DNA from: an uncultured cyanobacterium
GTDB taxonomy: Bacteria > Cyanobacteriota > Cyanobacteriia > CAKZMO01
Assembly (NCBI GenBank): GCA_963719515.1
Contig: CAVRCJ010000003.1
Span: 416,001 to 480,000 of the forward strand
Length of the DNA: 64,000 nt
Direction: 5' to 3'
The position numbers were made by a program, and so were the translations under genes. The notes below the pieces were generated by a model. That model was not told the origin of the DNA. It saw nothing but the letters and a program-made list of their open reading frames with translations, and did no database searches. Shown piece by piece: positions 53,555 through 64,000 of the stretch (its first letter is position 1; each line of letters starts with the position of its first letter).

Positions 53555-53719
53555 AGGGCGTTTCGGGGGTGAGGCAGATAAACCGTCAGCATCTAGGCTG
53601 ACTCGGGCAACCCGCAGGCTGCACAATCAGCCTAGCAAGCCATCAGCCGCTAGAGCCACATCCGGAGCAATAGCTCCCTCTATTCTAAATTTTTGTCAAC
53701 CCAATTTCCATGCCTGAAA

Positions 53720-55039
53720 TTAGATTTGGGCAAACAGCGACGTGTCTAGCTGCCCGAAGTTGGTGGTTAGCGCTACGTTGAGCAGCTCTAGAGCATGGAC
53801 TAGCCAGCTCACCGCATCGCGGCGGTGGGTTTCGTAGTGGTTAAATAAAATCGAGAACCGACGCTCAAGGTAGGGGCGGACCCGGCGACAAAGCAGCACC
53901 AGCTTCAGCAGCAGCCCCATGGTGCGCACGGGGCCGATGTTGTTGAGCAGGTCTACGAAGACGAAGTGCTGCGGATTTCTGGGTCCGTCAACCACCAAGA
54001 AGTTAAAGAGATAGCTACAGGTGCGAACAATGAGAAAGTCGTTGACTAGCACCGAATCGCTCTCGGGTAAAATCGCCTCTAGCTGATTGCACAGCTGCTG
54101 GTTGAACTGACGGCGGCCATAGCCTTGATCAACCCCATCAACTAAGTAGTGGTAGAGGTCTTTTTTAAAGGACAGGTAGGGCTGCGCATAGCCGCTGCTG
54201 GCCATAAAGTTTTGCGCCAGATCCTGATAGGTGCGTCCGGGCGAGACAGAGCAGGCGTAGTGCTTAACGGCCTGGTTGAGGGCGCGATCGCTCAGCAGCG
54301 TTGGGTTGAGAATGCGAGACCTGTAATATCTGTTGGACTCAGGGTCTTGAGTCTTGACGCTCCGCACCTGGGCCGTCAGGTATTTAGAGAGGGCAATCTC
54401 AAACTCTGATTGGGCGCTGACCTGAATATTACGAACCGTGCGCCGATGTTCTTTAGGGCTATCTTCGCTGACAAGGCAGTGGGGGTAGAGATAGGGATAG
54501 CGGCAGATGAGCGTGCCGAGCAGTCGGCTGCTGCTGCCGGAGACGTTGGCCCGCAGCAGTTCGGCCAGCCGCCGTAGGGTAAGGTACTGCTCTGTGGTCA
54601 CGAACTGGCGCATCAGCTCCCGCAGTCGCCGGACGTAGTGGTGACGCCACACGCCCGCAACAGGGGCATCGGGAACCCGCTGAAAAAGATCGATGAGCTG
54701 GATGATGTTTGCTTTGGCTTGGGAGCGCGACTGCCAGCGGTTGATCAAGATGTGGCAGCAGCGGTTGACGATGTAGCGAAACTCCTGCGGCGCTGTCGGC
54801 GAGGCCGTTATTGTGTCGAGCGCTTTGGCCACTGCGGTATCGGGGTAGTGATACCCCTCGATGAATAGAGTTTTAAACCGACAAAGCATCTGCTCTGGAG
54901 ACTCCTTGTCGATCCAGAAGAGTAGATGATTGTAGATGAGCTGTTCATCCGTTGTGATGAACCGGCTGTAGTGCCCCTTAGATAAAACTGCCACCTGGTG
55001 GTCTTCCTCAAAGTTGAGCGAGGTATAGTAACGCAGCAA
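53720..55039 (-). CDS. cyanobacterial hypothetical protein
   Basis: long 439-aa ORF with no recognised catalytic motif; start uncertain. Confidence 0.75.
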   Translation of the reverse strand: MLRYYTSLNFEEDHQVAVLSKGHYSRFITTDEQLIYNHLLFWIDKESPEQMLCRFKTLFIEGYHYPDTAVAKALDTITASPTAPQEFRYIVNRCCHILINRWQSRSQAKANIIQLIDLFQRVPDAPVAGVWRHHYVRRLRELMRQFVTTEQYLTLRRLAELLRANVSGSSSRLLGTLICRYPYLYPHCLVSEDSPKEHRRTVRNIQVSAQSEFEIALSKYLTAQVRSVKTQDPESNRYYRSRILNPTLLSDRALNQAVKHYACSVSPGRTYQDLAQNFMASSGYAQPYLSFKKDLYHYLVDGVDQGYGRRQFNQQLCNQLEAILPESDSVLVNDFLIVRTCSYLFNFLVVDGPRNPQHFVFVDLLNNIGPVRTMGLLLKLVLLCRRVRPYLERRFSILFNHYETHRRDAVSWLVHALELLNVALTTNFGQLDTSLFAQI

Positions 55040-55433
55040 GTGCGATTGTTTCAGATCACCTTCCGAAACCTGTAATCCCTACCTATTATGGCCCAAGACC
55101 TGACCGTTGAATCAGTGATTATCGTCACGGTTGTCCCTAAAGATTCAGTAAACTTACTGCCGAGTTGAACAAGGTAACGTTAAGTGCTGGTTAGGGTCGA
55201 AGAACCGATCGCCCGACGGCTGCGCTCAAGCGATCGCTCAAATCATAGCGTCTCCAGTAAAGAACATCTGGCTTATCGGGGACAACTGCTTCAGCGGCAC
55301 AGGAGTTCATATTGCCACAGACCAATTGCCGCGATCGTGAGCTAGTTCTCTCAGGACTTTCAAATTGAGAATTTGTTCCCCTCGCAGCTCTCGGGGCACC
55401 CTCCCATCCGTTTAATTGTGGCCATCTACTTAT

Positions 55434-55847
55434 AGGAAACGCCGTAAGACCCATCCGCTTTAGCGGTGGGATATAAGGCGGTGAGCGTAGCAAACATATG
55501 CAAAACCCCTGCTGTGACTGGGATTTGCTATAATAAAGGCGGTCAATGACCCACCCGAGACGCAGACGTAACAGACAGCCTAACGTGACGAAATCGGTAA
55601 TCAGCTGATGGCGCGGAAAGCTCGGTAGACCGGGAAAAGAGGATAGGGCAACGGAAACGACCCTAGAATCAACAATCGACATAGAATTCCTTGAATTCAA
55701 CAAAGAAGAACCGTAGGGCTTGCGGGGATAGTCTGTGGAGCGATCGTAAGACCGGAAAGGTTTAGGCCTCGAAGGCAGATGCTACGAAGCAGAAACCTCC
55801 TCGGGTGACCGGGGAATCCCACGTGCTTTAGCCGTGGGAGTAGTCAA
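55434..55847 (+). mobile_element. non-autonomous IS200/IS605-family element (no ORF)
   Basis: left hairpin CCCATCCGC-TTTA-GCGGTGGG after TTAT; right hairpin TCCCACGTGC-TTTA-GCCGTGGGA ending TAGTCAA. Confidence 0.82.
55526..55534 (+). promoter_or_regulatory. extended -10 promoter inside the element
   Basis: TGCTATAAT. Confidence 0.65.
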
Positions 55848-55867
55848 TTTCTATCGTTAGGTACGAC
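55708..55867 (+). ncRNA. TnpB omegaRNA (reRNA)-like scaffold plus flanking guide
   Basis: AACCGTAGGG...CTGTGGAG...GTAAGACC...GAAGCAGAAACC...GAATCCCAC...GTGGGAGTAGTCAA resembles tnpB 3' ends; the guide would be 55848-55867. Confidence 0.65.
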
Positions 55868-55870
55868 CCC

Positions 55871-56794
55871 ATGACCGTCCCCTCCCTAGCTGGACGTGAC
55901 TTCCTCCGTATGGCCGACTTGAGCAGTGCTGAGGTCATGCAGCTGCTCGATCTTGCCGCTCAGCTCAAAGCTGGAGAGATTCGTCCTCAGTGCCATAAGA
56001 TTTTGGGCCTGCTGTTCAGCAAAGCCTCCACACGCACTCGGGTTAGTTTTTCGGCAGCCATGTATCAGTTAGGGGGGCAGGTCCTAGATCTCAACACCAA
56101 CGTCACCCAGGTCAATCGGGGTGAACCCCCACAGGACACAGCCCGCGTGCTGGACCGCTACCTCGATGTGCTGGCCATTCGCACCTACGCCCAGTCCGAG
56201 CTAGAAACCTTTGCCCACTACGCCAAGATTCCGGTAATTAACGCGCTCACCGACCTAGAGCATCCTTGCCAAATCCTAGCGGACCTGCTAACCATCCAGG
56301 AGGCGTTTGGGAGCTTGGATGGGCTGACCCTAGCCTACTTAGGGGACGGCAACAACGTTGCCCATTCCCTCATGCTGGGATGCGCTTTAGTGGGCATCAC
56401 CATCGTGGTGGCTACGCCGGAGGGCTACCAGCCTTCTCCGGAGGTCGTCGCCAGCGCAACGAAGCTAGCGGGAGACCGCGCTCAGGTTAAGGTCACCACA
56501 GAGCCTATCGACGCGGTGAAAGGGGCTCATGTCCTCTACACGGACGTCTGGGCCAGCATGGGCCAGGAAGCCTCCGCCTCCAACCGCGTGCCGGTGTTTC
56601 AGCCCTACCAAATTAACGCCGACCTGCTGGCAAATGCCCACAAAGATGCCATCGTGCTGCACTGTCTGCCCGCCCATCGGGGAGAAGAGATTTCAGAAGA
56701 GGTTATGGAGGGGGAACGCTCCCGCATTTGGGACGAGGCCGAGAACCGGCTTCATGCTCAGAAGGCTCTGCTCGTGGCGCTTCTAGGGGTATAG
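55871..56794 (+). CDS. argF: ornithine carbamoyltransferase
   Basis: STRTRVSF, HPCQILAD, YTDVWASMGQE and HCLPAHRGEE motifs. Confidence 0.97.
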   Translation: MTVPSLAGRDFLRMADLSSAEVMQLLDLAAQLKAGEIRPQCHKILGLLFSKASTRTRVSFSAAMYQLGGQVLDLNTNVTQVNRGEPPQDTARVLDRYLDVLAIRTYAQSELETFAHYAKIPVINALTDLEHPCQILADLLTIQEAFGSLDGLTLAYLGDGNNVAHSLMLGCALVGITIVVATPEGYQPSPEVVASATKLAGDRAQVKVTTEPIDAVKGAHVLYTDVWASMGQEASASNRVPVFQPYQINADLLANAHKDAIVLHCLPAHRGEEISEEVMEGERSRIWDEAENRLHAQKALLVALLGV

Positions 56795-56819
56795 CTAGCT
56801 GCCGACGCTGAAAGGTACG

Positions 56820-57251
56820 CTAGCGTTTTGCGTTCGAATCATTGCGGTGGACAATTCCCCAAAGGGGGTGAGATGTCCCCTGCTGGTTAATGCTCTGCAG
56901 CTGTCGCTCCAGTCGTTTTTGCTCCCGCCTTGGGAGCCCCCAAAGAATGTTGCGGCTTTGCCAGACCAGCGTCGACGCAATGAGGGCGACGCACAGCAGC
57001 AAACCTATCGCTGGGGCAGGGTTGAACGCCAACGCATAGCGCAGGGCCGGCCAGGTGAAGTAAGTTTGCAGCATCTGCACCTCGCCCCGCAGCGCCCACA
57101 GACTGGGCAGGCCAATGAACAGGCAGCAGCCTCCCACCAGAATCCACCGAGCCAAAACTAACAGGCCGTGCAGCTGCATCAGCTGTTGCCAAAATTGGGG
57201 GGTGTATCCCTCTGGAGAAATGACGAATTCGTTTCGCCGGTCTCCTAACAT
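56820..57251 (-). CDS. hypothetical membrane protein
   Basis: 143 aa with two TM helices and TLVWQSRNILWGLP. Confidence 0.7.
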   Translation of the reverse strand: MLGDRRNEFVISPEGYTPQFWQQLMQLHGLLVLARWILVGGCCLFIGLPSLWALRGEVQMLQTYFTWPALRYALAFNPAPAIGLLLCVALIASTLVWQSRNILWGLPRREQKRLERQLQSINQQGTSHPLWGIVHRNDSNAKR

Positions 57252-57303
57252 TTAGGGTCGTAAGCCACGCAACATATCGGTTTCGTTGATGAGCTGAGAG
57301 GGT

Positions 57304-57855
57304 CTAAAATCGCAGGCCCACTCCGCCTTGAAGTGCCGCCGCCGTGCCGCCGCCCTGTTCGTAAGCATCGAAGGCGACGATGGCGTTGCCGAAGACGACA
57401 AGGCGACTGTTAGGAATGCTGTAGTCAACGCCAGGCTGAATCACAAAGGCCGTTTCATTGCCGATGGGGGACGCAGAGTCATTGTCGTCTTGGAGAGCCA
57501 CGCCGGCGCCGATGTAGGCGTCAGTCTGCCAGTTGATGGGAAAGTCGTAGGACACCGTGGGCACGAAGGCATCTGTATCGGTGAACACTAGCGCCTGGGC
57601 CCGAACGGAAATGGGAAGCCGTAGGAAGTGGTAGCGGGCCGCAATCACGCCGGCAAAGTCTTGATCTTCTCCCAGGTCGCTATCGCCGCTCGTCAATCCG
57701 ACTGACGCCCCGACGCCGACATAGCTGCCGTAGGCCGCTTGGGCGACAGCGCTTTGCTGACCCAGGCTCATCAGACCGGCGATCGCTAGTCCAGCGGCGA
57801 CGCCAAGTCGGACGGCGGGTTGGCGTTCCGGCTGCTGGCGAGAAGAAAGAGTCAT
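57304..57855 (-). CDS. outer-membrane beta-barrel-like protein
   Basis: signal peptide, alternating beta-strand pattern and C-terminal GVGLRF. Confidence 0.75.
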   Translation of the reverse strand: MTLSSRQQPERQPAVRLGVAAGLAIAGLMSLGQQSAVAQAAYGSYVGVGASVGLTSGDSDLGEDQDFAGVIAARYHFLRLPISVRAQALVFTDTDAFVPTVSYDFPINWQTDAYIGAGVALQDDNDSASPIGNETAFVIQPGVDYSIPNSRLVVFGNAIVAFDAYEQGGGTAAALQGGVGLRF

Positions 57856-58226
57856 GGGCGGGGCCTCGCGGTTGTTCTAGAGGATTTTGGCTTAGGAGCG
57901 CGCACTTCAGGCAGTTTACCTATTTTATTGCCCATTAATATACATCGCCTGTCCCTAAAAGCCTAGGGGTCGCTCTGCGGGCGGAGCTGAAATTCAGGCG
58001 ATTTTAGCACTTCGACGGCTTAGGCAAAATGTACAGAGCCGCCGACTCCCTTATCAAGAATCGGCGGCCCCGCAAGCATTCACTCGTTTATCTTCAAGGC
58101 CTTTATATCGGCTGGCCTCTATTTATCTTTACCTAGAATGCCAGAAACTAGCGCCAAGTCTGTGTCCCGTAATGTTTTCTTTATGTTTCAGCTTTGTTGC
58201 CTCCAATGACGTCCTATGTACAGTTG

Positions 58227-58496
58227 TTAAGCTTGAGGGCGATCGCGCCTCAACAGCCAAACCATCAGGGCTACGATGCCAACCTGCAGCGCCAGATTCG
58301 GTACAGCTTGGGCGAGATCTCGTCCGGCGAGCGTCTGAAAGAAAAAGACAACGGCTCCAATGAACCCAGAGGCCGCCACCGAACCGTAGACAAAGCGCCT
58401 CAGGCCTCGATAGGGCGCTTTAGATTCTTCCGTCAGTCGCCGGTAGAGTTCTGGGTCAATTTGACGCGATCGCTTAGGGCGATTGGGGTTGCTCAC
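58227..58496 (-). CDS. DUF3493 family membrane protein
   Basis: RLTEESKAPYRGLRRFVYGSVAASGFIG followed by two TM helices. Confidence 0.75.
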   Translation of the reverse strand: MSNPNRPKRSRQIDPELYRRLTEESKAPYRGLRRFVYGSVAASGFIGAVVFFFQTLAGRDLAQAVPNLALQVGIVALMVWLLRRDRPQA

Positions 58497-58530
58497 AATA
58501 AGTTGCGAAAGTGAATAGCTGCCTAAGACT

Positions 58531-60141
58531 CTACCACGGTCCTCTTTTGCGGTGTGGGTATGTCGTCTTCCAGTTGGTCCGAGCCCCCTTCAGCTGGCGT
58601 TCTGAAATCTGCGCCCCCGTCAGGTCAGCGCCGCTGAGATTGACGCCTCTCAAGTTGGCGCTCGTTAAGTGGGCATAGCTCAAGTTGGCCCCCCGGAGAT
58701 CGGCGTTAGTTAGATCGGCGTTGGTGAAAGAAGCGCCAACCAAATTGGTATTTCGCAACACGGCTTCCCGAAGGTTGGCTCGACCAAAATTAGCGCCGCC
58801 CAGGTCTGATTTTTGAAAGTTAGTTTTGATGAGCTTCGATTGCTGGAAATCGGCGTCGTGAAAATTGGCCCCAGACAGGTCGGCCCCCTGGAGGTTAAGC
58901 GAACCAAGGTTGCGGTCAGCAAAGTTTCGCTGACCATGAGAGTAGGCGTTCAAGAGCTGCCTGGCGCTGGTGTAAGAAACGCGATTGCTGTGCGGGGTTA
59001 TCGCCTCAATTCGCCCAGATAGCGGCATTGAGGACCTATCTTTATCGGTATTGGTAGAGCGAAACTGACTGTTGTCAGCGGCCCGGCGAGCCTTACGGGC
59101 TCGAATCTGGGCGGCAAGCTTTGCGGTGGGTGAAGAGAGGGTGCCGCTGGAGTTATCGAACTCTGCCGTGTAGAGCGTCAGCTTGGGGCGAGTGTCAGGG
59201 CGATTAGTCGTTGTCATGCTTTCTGCCAGGCTGTCCATGTAGGGGACAAGGTCTAAGGCCCGCAAAACCTCGATTGCCGTTTGGTAGCGATGCTGCACCG
59301 AGAATTCCAGCATGTGCTTGATGACGTTGGCAAAATGATCGCTCACGTGCACATGCTCCCGCCACAGCACTTCCCCTGTGGTGGGGTTATAGTTCATGTC
59401 GCGGGGAGATCTGCCGCTGAGGAGATAGACGCAGGTGATTCCTAGCGCGTAGATGTCGCTCGCGTAAGTGGGCCGCATCGACATTTGTTCAGGCGGAGCG
59501 TATCCCGGGGTGCCGACGGCGTAGGACGTCAGGGCCGTATTTTCAGAGGTCATCGACGCTAGCTTGGGATTGACTTTATCCTTAACCGCACCAAAGTCGA
59601 TGAGCACCAGCTTCTTATCCTGCTCGCGGCGGATTAGGTTGGCCGGCTTGATGTCACGGTGAATGACCTGATTGCTGTGAATGTACTGCACCATCGGCAG
59701 AATCTCGCTGAGAAACTGCTTCGCCGCACCTTCTGTAAGCGGCCCCGTGCGCTTTACCTCTTGCTGTAGCGTGTTGCCGCTAATGTACTCTTGAACCAGA
59801 TAAAATTCTTGGTTCGTGTCAAAGTAGTCGAGGAGTCGGGGTACTTGAGGGTGGTCGCCAATTTTCCCTAGGGTTTTGGCCTCTCGCTGAAACAGCTCCC
59901 GCGCCATGTGGAGAACCTCAGAGGAGGTAGCAACGGGGCGCAGCTGTTTGATCACGCAGTTAGGGTGTCCCGGTAAGGACTCATCGATGGCCAGAAACGT
60001 TGCCCCAAAACCGCCGTGCCCGAGCTGCCGAACGATCCGATAGCGATCGTTCAGCTTCATTTTGGACCCGCACGCCTGACAGCGCTGGTTTACGTCTGGG
60101 TTTACCGGGTGAGGACACATCGGATTTAAGCAATAGCCCAT
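58531..60141 (-). CDS. Ser/Thr protein kinase with pentapeptide repeats (SpkB-like)
   Basis: N-terminal CxNPxC zinc motif; LGHGGFG, HRDIKPAN, LIDFG and GTPGYAPPE motifs; A(N/D)LxG repeats. Confidence 0.93.
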   Translation of the reverse strand: MGYCLNPMCPHPVNPDVNQRCQACGSKMKLNDRYRIVRQLGHGGFGATFLAIDESLPGHPNCVIKQLRPVATSSEVLHMARELFQREAKTLGKIGDHPQVPRLLDYFDTNQEFYLVQEYISGNTLQQEVKRTGPLTEGAAKQFLSEILPMVQYIHSNQVIHRDIKPANLIRREQDKKLVLIDFGAVKDKVNPKLASMTSENTALTSYAVGTPGYAPPEQMSMRPTYASDIYALGITCVYLLSGRSPRDMNYNPTTGEVLWREHVHVSDHFANVIKHMLEFSVQHRYQTAIEVLRALDLVPYMDSLAESMTTTNRPDTRPKLTLYTAEFDNSSGTLSSPTAKLAAQIRARKARRAADNSQFRSTNTDKDRSSMPLSGRIEAITPHSNRVSYTSARQLLNAYSHGQRNFADRNLGSLNLQGADLSGANFHDADFQQSKLIKTNFQKSDLGGANFGRANLREAVLRNTNLVGASFTNADLTNADLRGANLSYAHLTSANLRGVNLSGADLTGAQISERQLKGARTNWKTTYPHRKRGPW

Positions 60142-60595
60142 TCCAATCTCAAGAACATATGGCGTTGTTTAGGACAAACTCTGGTTTCTCTCGTCTAATC
60201 TATCGAGATTAGGCGGCCTAGCTAGGCCTCTTTGATGAGGCGTAGGCTGTGGCTTTTGGCTATCATTTCTACATTAGATGATTTCCCTTGGGATACTGGA
60301 CAAAAAACACGCTGCTATATATGGCTCTGTTAAAGAATTGCTAAAGTTCCATTGAATTGTCGACTCTGCAGCAGAGTTATCCGGATACCGTAAATCCTGG
60401 TGGAAGCACTGTGCAGCATCGGCAGTCAGGCTCTTGAGCGGTCTCTTGAGCGTTGGACTTTCGGCGGCGATCGCTAGAGTCGCCCTAAGGCGGCAGCATT
60501 CAGAGGCCTGTATTAAGTCCATTTGAGACTGCGATCGCCATGAGCGATAGAATGAGGGGCGACAGCTAGGAGAATCATAGGGACAAAGACGCGGC

Positions 60596-63097
60596 ATGCG
60601 AATTTCACTGGAATGGCTGCAGGAGTTTGTTGACTTCTCGATGACGCCCGTCGAGATCAGCGATCTCTTGACGATGGCTGGCTTTGAAGTCGAAGACATT
60701 GAAGATCGCCGCAGCTGGGCCGACGGTGTCGTCATTGGATATGTCTCTGACTGTCAGCCTCATCCCAATGCCGACAAACTGCGGGTGTGCACCGTAGATG
60801 TCGGACAGTCTGAGGCATCTACCATTGTTTGCGGCGCGGCGAACGTAAAATCCGGAATATTTGTGCCAGTTGCCACGGTGGGAACCTATCTCCCCAAGAT
60901 CGATATCAAGATTAGTCCTCGTAAGCTGCGGGGGGTCAAGTCCCAAGGCATGATCTGTTCCCAGTCAGAGCTGGGCTTGGAGAAAGATTCAGAGGGAATC
61001 TACATCTTTTCAGAAATTGACCAGCCTAAGGGGCCGTCCGATGGCGGCACCGCCGGCCAAGCAGCGCAGCCCGAATTTACGCCGGGAGAAGACGCCCGTC
61101 CGTATCTGGGGCTCGACGACGTGGTTCTAGATGTCACGTCAACGGCCAACCGCGCTGATGCCCTCAGCATGATTGGCATTGCCCGAGAGGTCGCGGCATT
61201 GACCGGAGCATCCCTAACGCTTCCAGAGTGCCCCGATATCGATGTCCCCTCTAGCCCCAAACTGACCCTATCCGTCCAAGAGCCCCAAGCTTGCCCTGCC
61301 TACATCGGCACCGCTATTGAGGGAGTGACCCTCGGGCCCTCGCCTAAGTGGCTACAGCGCCGCCTCCAGGCCGCTGGGGTGCGGCCCATCAACACCGTAG
61401 TAGACGTGACTAACTACGTGCTGCTGGAGTGGGGACAGCCGCTGCATGCCTTCGACTACGAGCGGCTGCAGACCTGCGGTCAGGGGGACAATCTCACGGT
61501 TGGGGTGCGCCTTGCCCATGAGGGGGAAGCCCTGAAAACCCTAGACGGGCAGGAGCGAAAGCTGCAGACTCAGGCGCTGCTGATTACCGCTGACGATGTG
61601 CCCGTGGCGTTAGCCGGCGTCATGGGGGGGGAAGAAACCGAGGTGCACGACGGCACGACAGCGGTGCTGCTAGAGGCTGCTCTGTTTGACTCGGTGGCCA
61701 TCCGACGCTCGGCCCGCAGTCAAAGCCTGCGCACCGAGGCCTCCTCTCGCTACGAGCGCGGGGTTAACCAGGCCGAGGTGGGGCGAGCCTGTCGGCGAGC
61801 CCTCCACCTGATCACCACTCTGGCGGGCGGAACCCTGCGGTATCAGGCGATCGCCAACACGATTTCTGACGCCACTCGCACCATCAAGCTGCGGCAGACA
61901 AGAATCAATCAGATTCTGGGGGCGGTGGTGAAGGAAGACGAGAGCCTGGGCACTTTGGGCGCTGAGGAGATCGAGCGCATTTTGGTGGCGCTGGGCTGCG
62001 AGCTAGAGGCTGCTTCTCTAGACTCTGGCGCTGAGGGGGACCGCCAATGGCAGGTTACCGTTCCGCCCTACCGCTACCGCGACCTAGAGCGGGAAATTGA
62101 CCTGATTGAAGAGGTGGCCCGGCTCTACGGCTACAATCGCTTCGATACCACGCTTCCCGGTAAAAGTGAAGCGGGGCGCCTCTCGCCGCAGTATGCCGGT
62201 CGACAGCGCGTCACGGCAGCGCTGAGGGGGGAAGGGCTCACCGAGCTGGTCCACTACTCCCTTGTTAAGCCGGAAGACGAGCGCCAAATTAAGCTCGCCA
62301 ACCCGCTGTACGCGGAGTATTCGGCTCTGAGGATGGAGCTGTTCTCTGGACTGATCGATGCGTTTCAATACAACTTGGAGCAGGGGAACGGCGCGCTGAA
62401 CGGCTTTGAGCTGGGGCGGGTGTTCTCGCAGCAGGACGGATCGCGCTCAGAGCGCGATCTGATCGCCGGTATTTTAGGCGGTGACCCGAAGCAGGGCCGC
62501 TGGGTCAGCGGTGGACGCGATCGCCCAATGGACTGGTTCGAGGCCAAGGGCGTTTTGGAGAGCGTCTTTCGGCATCTGGGGGTGACGGTTGAGTATCGGA
62601 CTCACGCCGATCACCCTTGGCTGCACCCAGGACGCACCGCAGCCCTTTGGCTAGGAAAGCAGGAGCTGGGCCTATTTGGGCAGCTGCACCCCCAGCTGCG
62701 GCAGCAGCGCGACCTGCCGGAGGCGGTGTATTTATTCAATCTCAATTTAGCGATACTGTTGAACGAGACTACCCAAGAAGGTGCAGACGTGCCGCTGTTT
62801 GTCCCCTACTCCACCTATCCCGCCGCCGACCGAGATATTGCGTTTTACGCGCCCTTGACTCTGCCTTTGGCCAAGATTGAGGAGGCTATGCACTCTGCAG
62901 GCGCGCCGCTGCTGTCGTCAGTGGAGCTGTTCGATGAGTATCGCGGGGAGGGCGTTCCCGAGGGGCAGCGTAGCCTGGCGCTGCGGCTGGTGTACCGCAC
63001 CGAAGAGCGTACCCTGACGGATGAGGATGTGGACCCGGTGCACCAAAAGGTGCGGGATGCGCTGGTTGAGACGCTGGGGGTAACTCCCCGGAGCTAA
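60596..63097 (+). CDS. pheT: phenylalanine-tRNA ligase beta subunit
   Basis: [50 protein letters not shown] and LHPGR motifs. Confidence 0.97.
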   Translation: MRISLEWLQEFVDFSMTPVEISDLLTMAGFEVEDIEDRRSWADGVVIGYVSDCQPHPNADKLRVCTVDVGQSEASTIVCGAANVKSGIFVPVATVGTYLPKIDIKISPRKLRGVKSQGMICSQSELGLEKDSEGIYIFSEIDQPKGPSDGGTAGQAAQPEFTPGEDARPYLGLDDVVLDVTSTANRADALSMIGIAREVAALTGASLTLPECPDIDVPSSPKLTLSVQEPQACPAYIGTAIEGVTLGPSPKWLQRRLQAAGVRPINTVVDVTNYVLLEWGQPLHAFDYERLQTCGQGDNLTVGVRLAHEGEALKTLDGQERKLQTQALLITADDVPVALAGVMGGEETEVHDGTTAVLLEAALFDSVAIRRSARSQSLRTEASSRYERGVNQAEVGRACRRALHLITTLAGGTLRYQAIANTISDATRTIKLRQTRINQILGAVVKEDESLGTLGAEEIERILVALGCELEAASLDSGAEGDRQWQVTVPPYRYRDLEREIDLIEEVARLYGYNRFDTTLPGKSEAGRLSPQYAGRQRVTAALRGEGLTELVHYSLVKPEDERQIKLANPLYAEYSALRMELFSGLIDAFQYNLEQGNGALNGFELGRVFSQQDGSRSERDLIAGILGGDPKQGRWVSGGRDRPMDWFEAKGVLESVFRHLGVTVEYRTHADHPWLHPGRTAALWLGKQELGLFGQLHPQLRQQRDLPEAVYLFNLNLAILLNETTQEGADVPLFVPYSTYPAADRDIAFYAPLTLPLAKIEEAMHSAGAPLLSSVELFDEYRGEGVPEGQRSLALRLVYRTEERTLTDEDVDPVHQKVRDALVETLGVTPRS

Positions 63098-63233
63098 ATT
63101 CCCCATTAAGATCTCTTAACCTACGGCTGCTACGCTACGGTTGACCGAGCGCTGCTAGAGCAGGAAATACTCGCATGGGCATAGGAGCCTAGGCTTTTGA
63201 TGTCGTCAGCGCCGCTAGTCAAGGGTCTGACAT

Positions 63234-64000
<767 letters not shown>

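Noticed and set aside
53555..53715. Cobalamin or SAM riboswitch upstream of metH
   Set aside because: A CTAGGCTGA..TCAGCCTAG stem exists, but no B12-box or SAM-I core motifs were seen.
55600..55640. Hammerhead ribozyme (CTGATG...GAAA)
   Set aside because: The core reads CUGAUGG rather than CUGANGA, and stems I-III cannot be built convincingly.
55191..55703. 170-aa minus-strand ORF
   Set aside because: It crosses the boundary of the IS605-type element and has no recognisable motifs; likely spurious.
55540..55740. Group I intron / IStron
   Set aside because: Only a Q-like GGTAATCAGC is present; no properly ordered P, R and S elements or P7 helix, and the element is intergenic.

Overview
64 kb of a cyanobacterial chromosome. 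The HIP1 octamer GCGATCGC is dense and the gene content resembles filamentous Leptolyngbya/Nodosilinea-like strains; the lineage is inference. Housekeeping genes include rfbCDAB, cysK, metH, argF, pheT, chrA and an SpkB-like kinase. They are interleaved with accessory DNA: RTX and repeat proteins, a cluster of secreted proteins, intact and decayed toxin-antitoxin modules, and many mobile elements (a MITE holding an IS4 holding an ISNCY, an IS66, a truncated IS1380, and a non-autonomous IS200/IS605 derivative). The best candidate for an undescribed system is a module present twice (30897-31477 on +, 41219-41788 on -). Each copy has a sigma70-type promoter, a ~215-nt multi-hairpin leader with compensatory base changes and two mutually exclusive folds over the RBS/AUG, and a ~105-aa 'HHIIIGSP' protein. 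The second candidate is a 414-bp ORF-less IS605-type element with its own promoter, an unexplained structured RNA and a TnpB omegaRNA-like 3' end whose guide would be the argF leader. Many single-base frameshifts, including one in metH, suggest long-read assembly errors, so pseudogene calls that rest only on 1-bp indels are unreliable.
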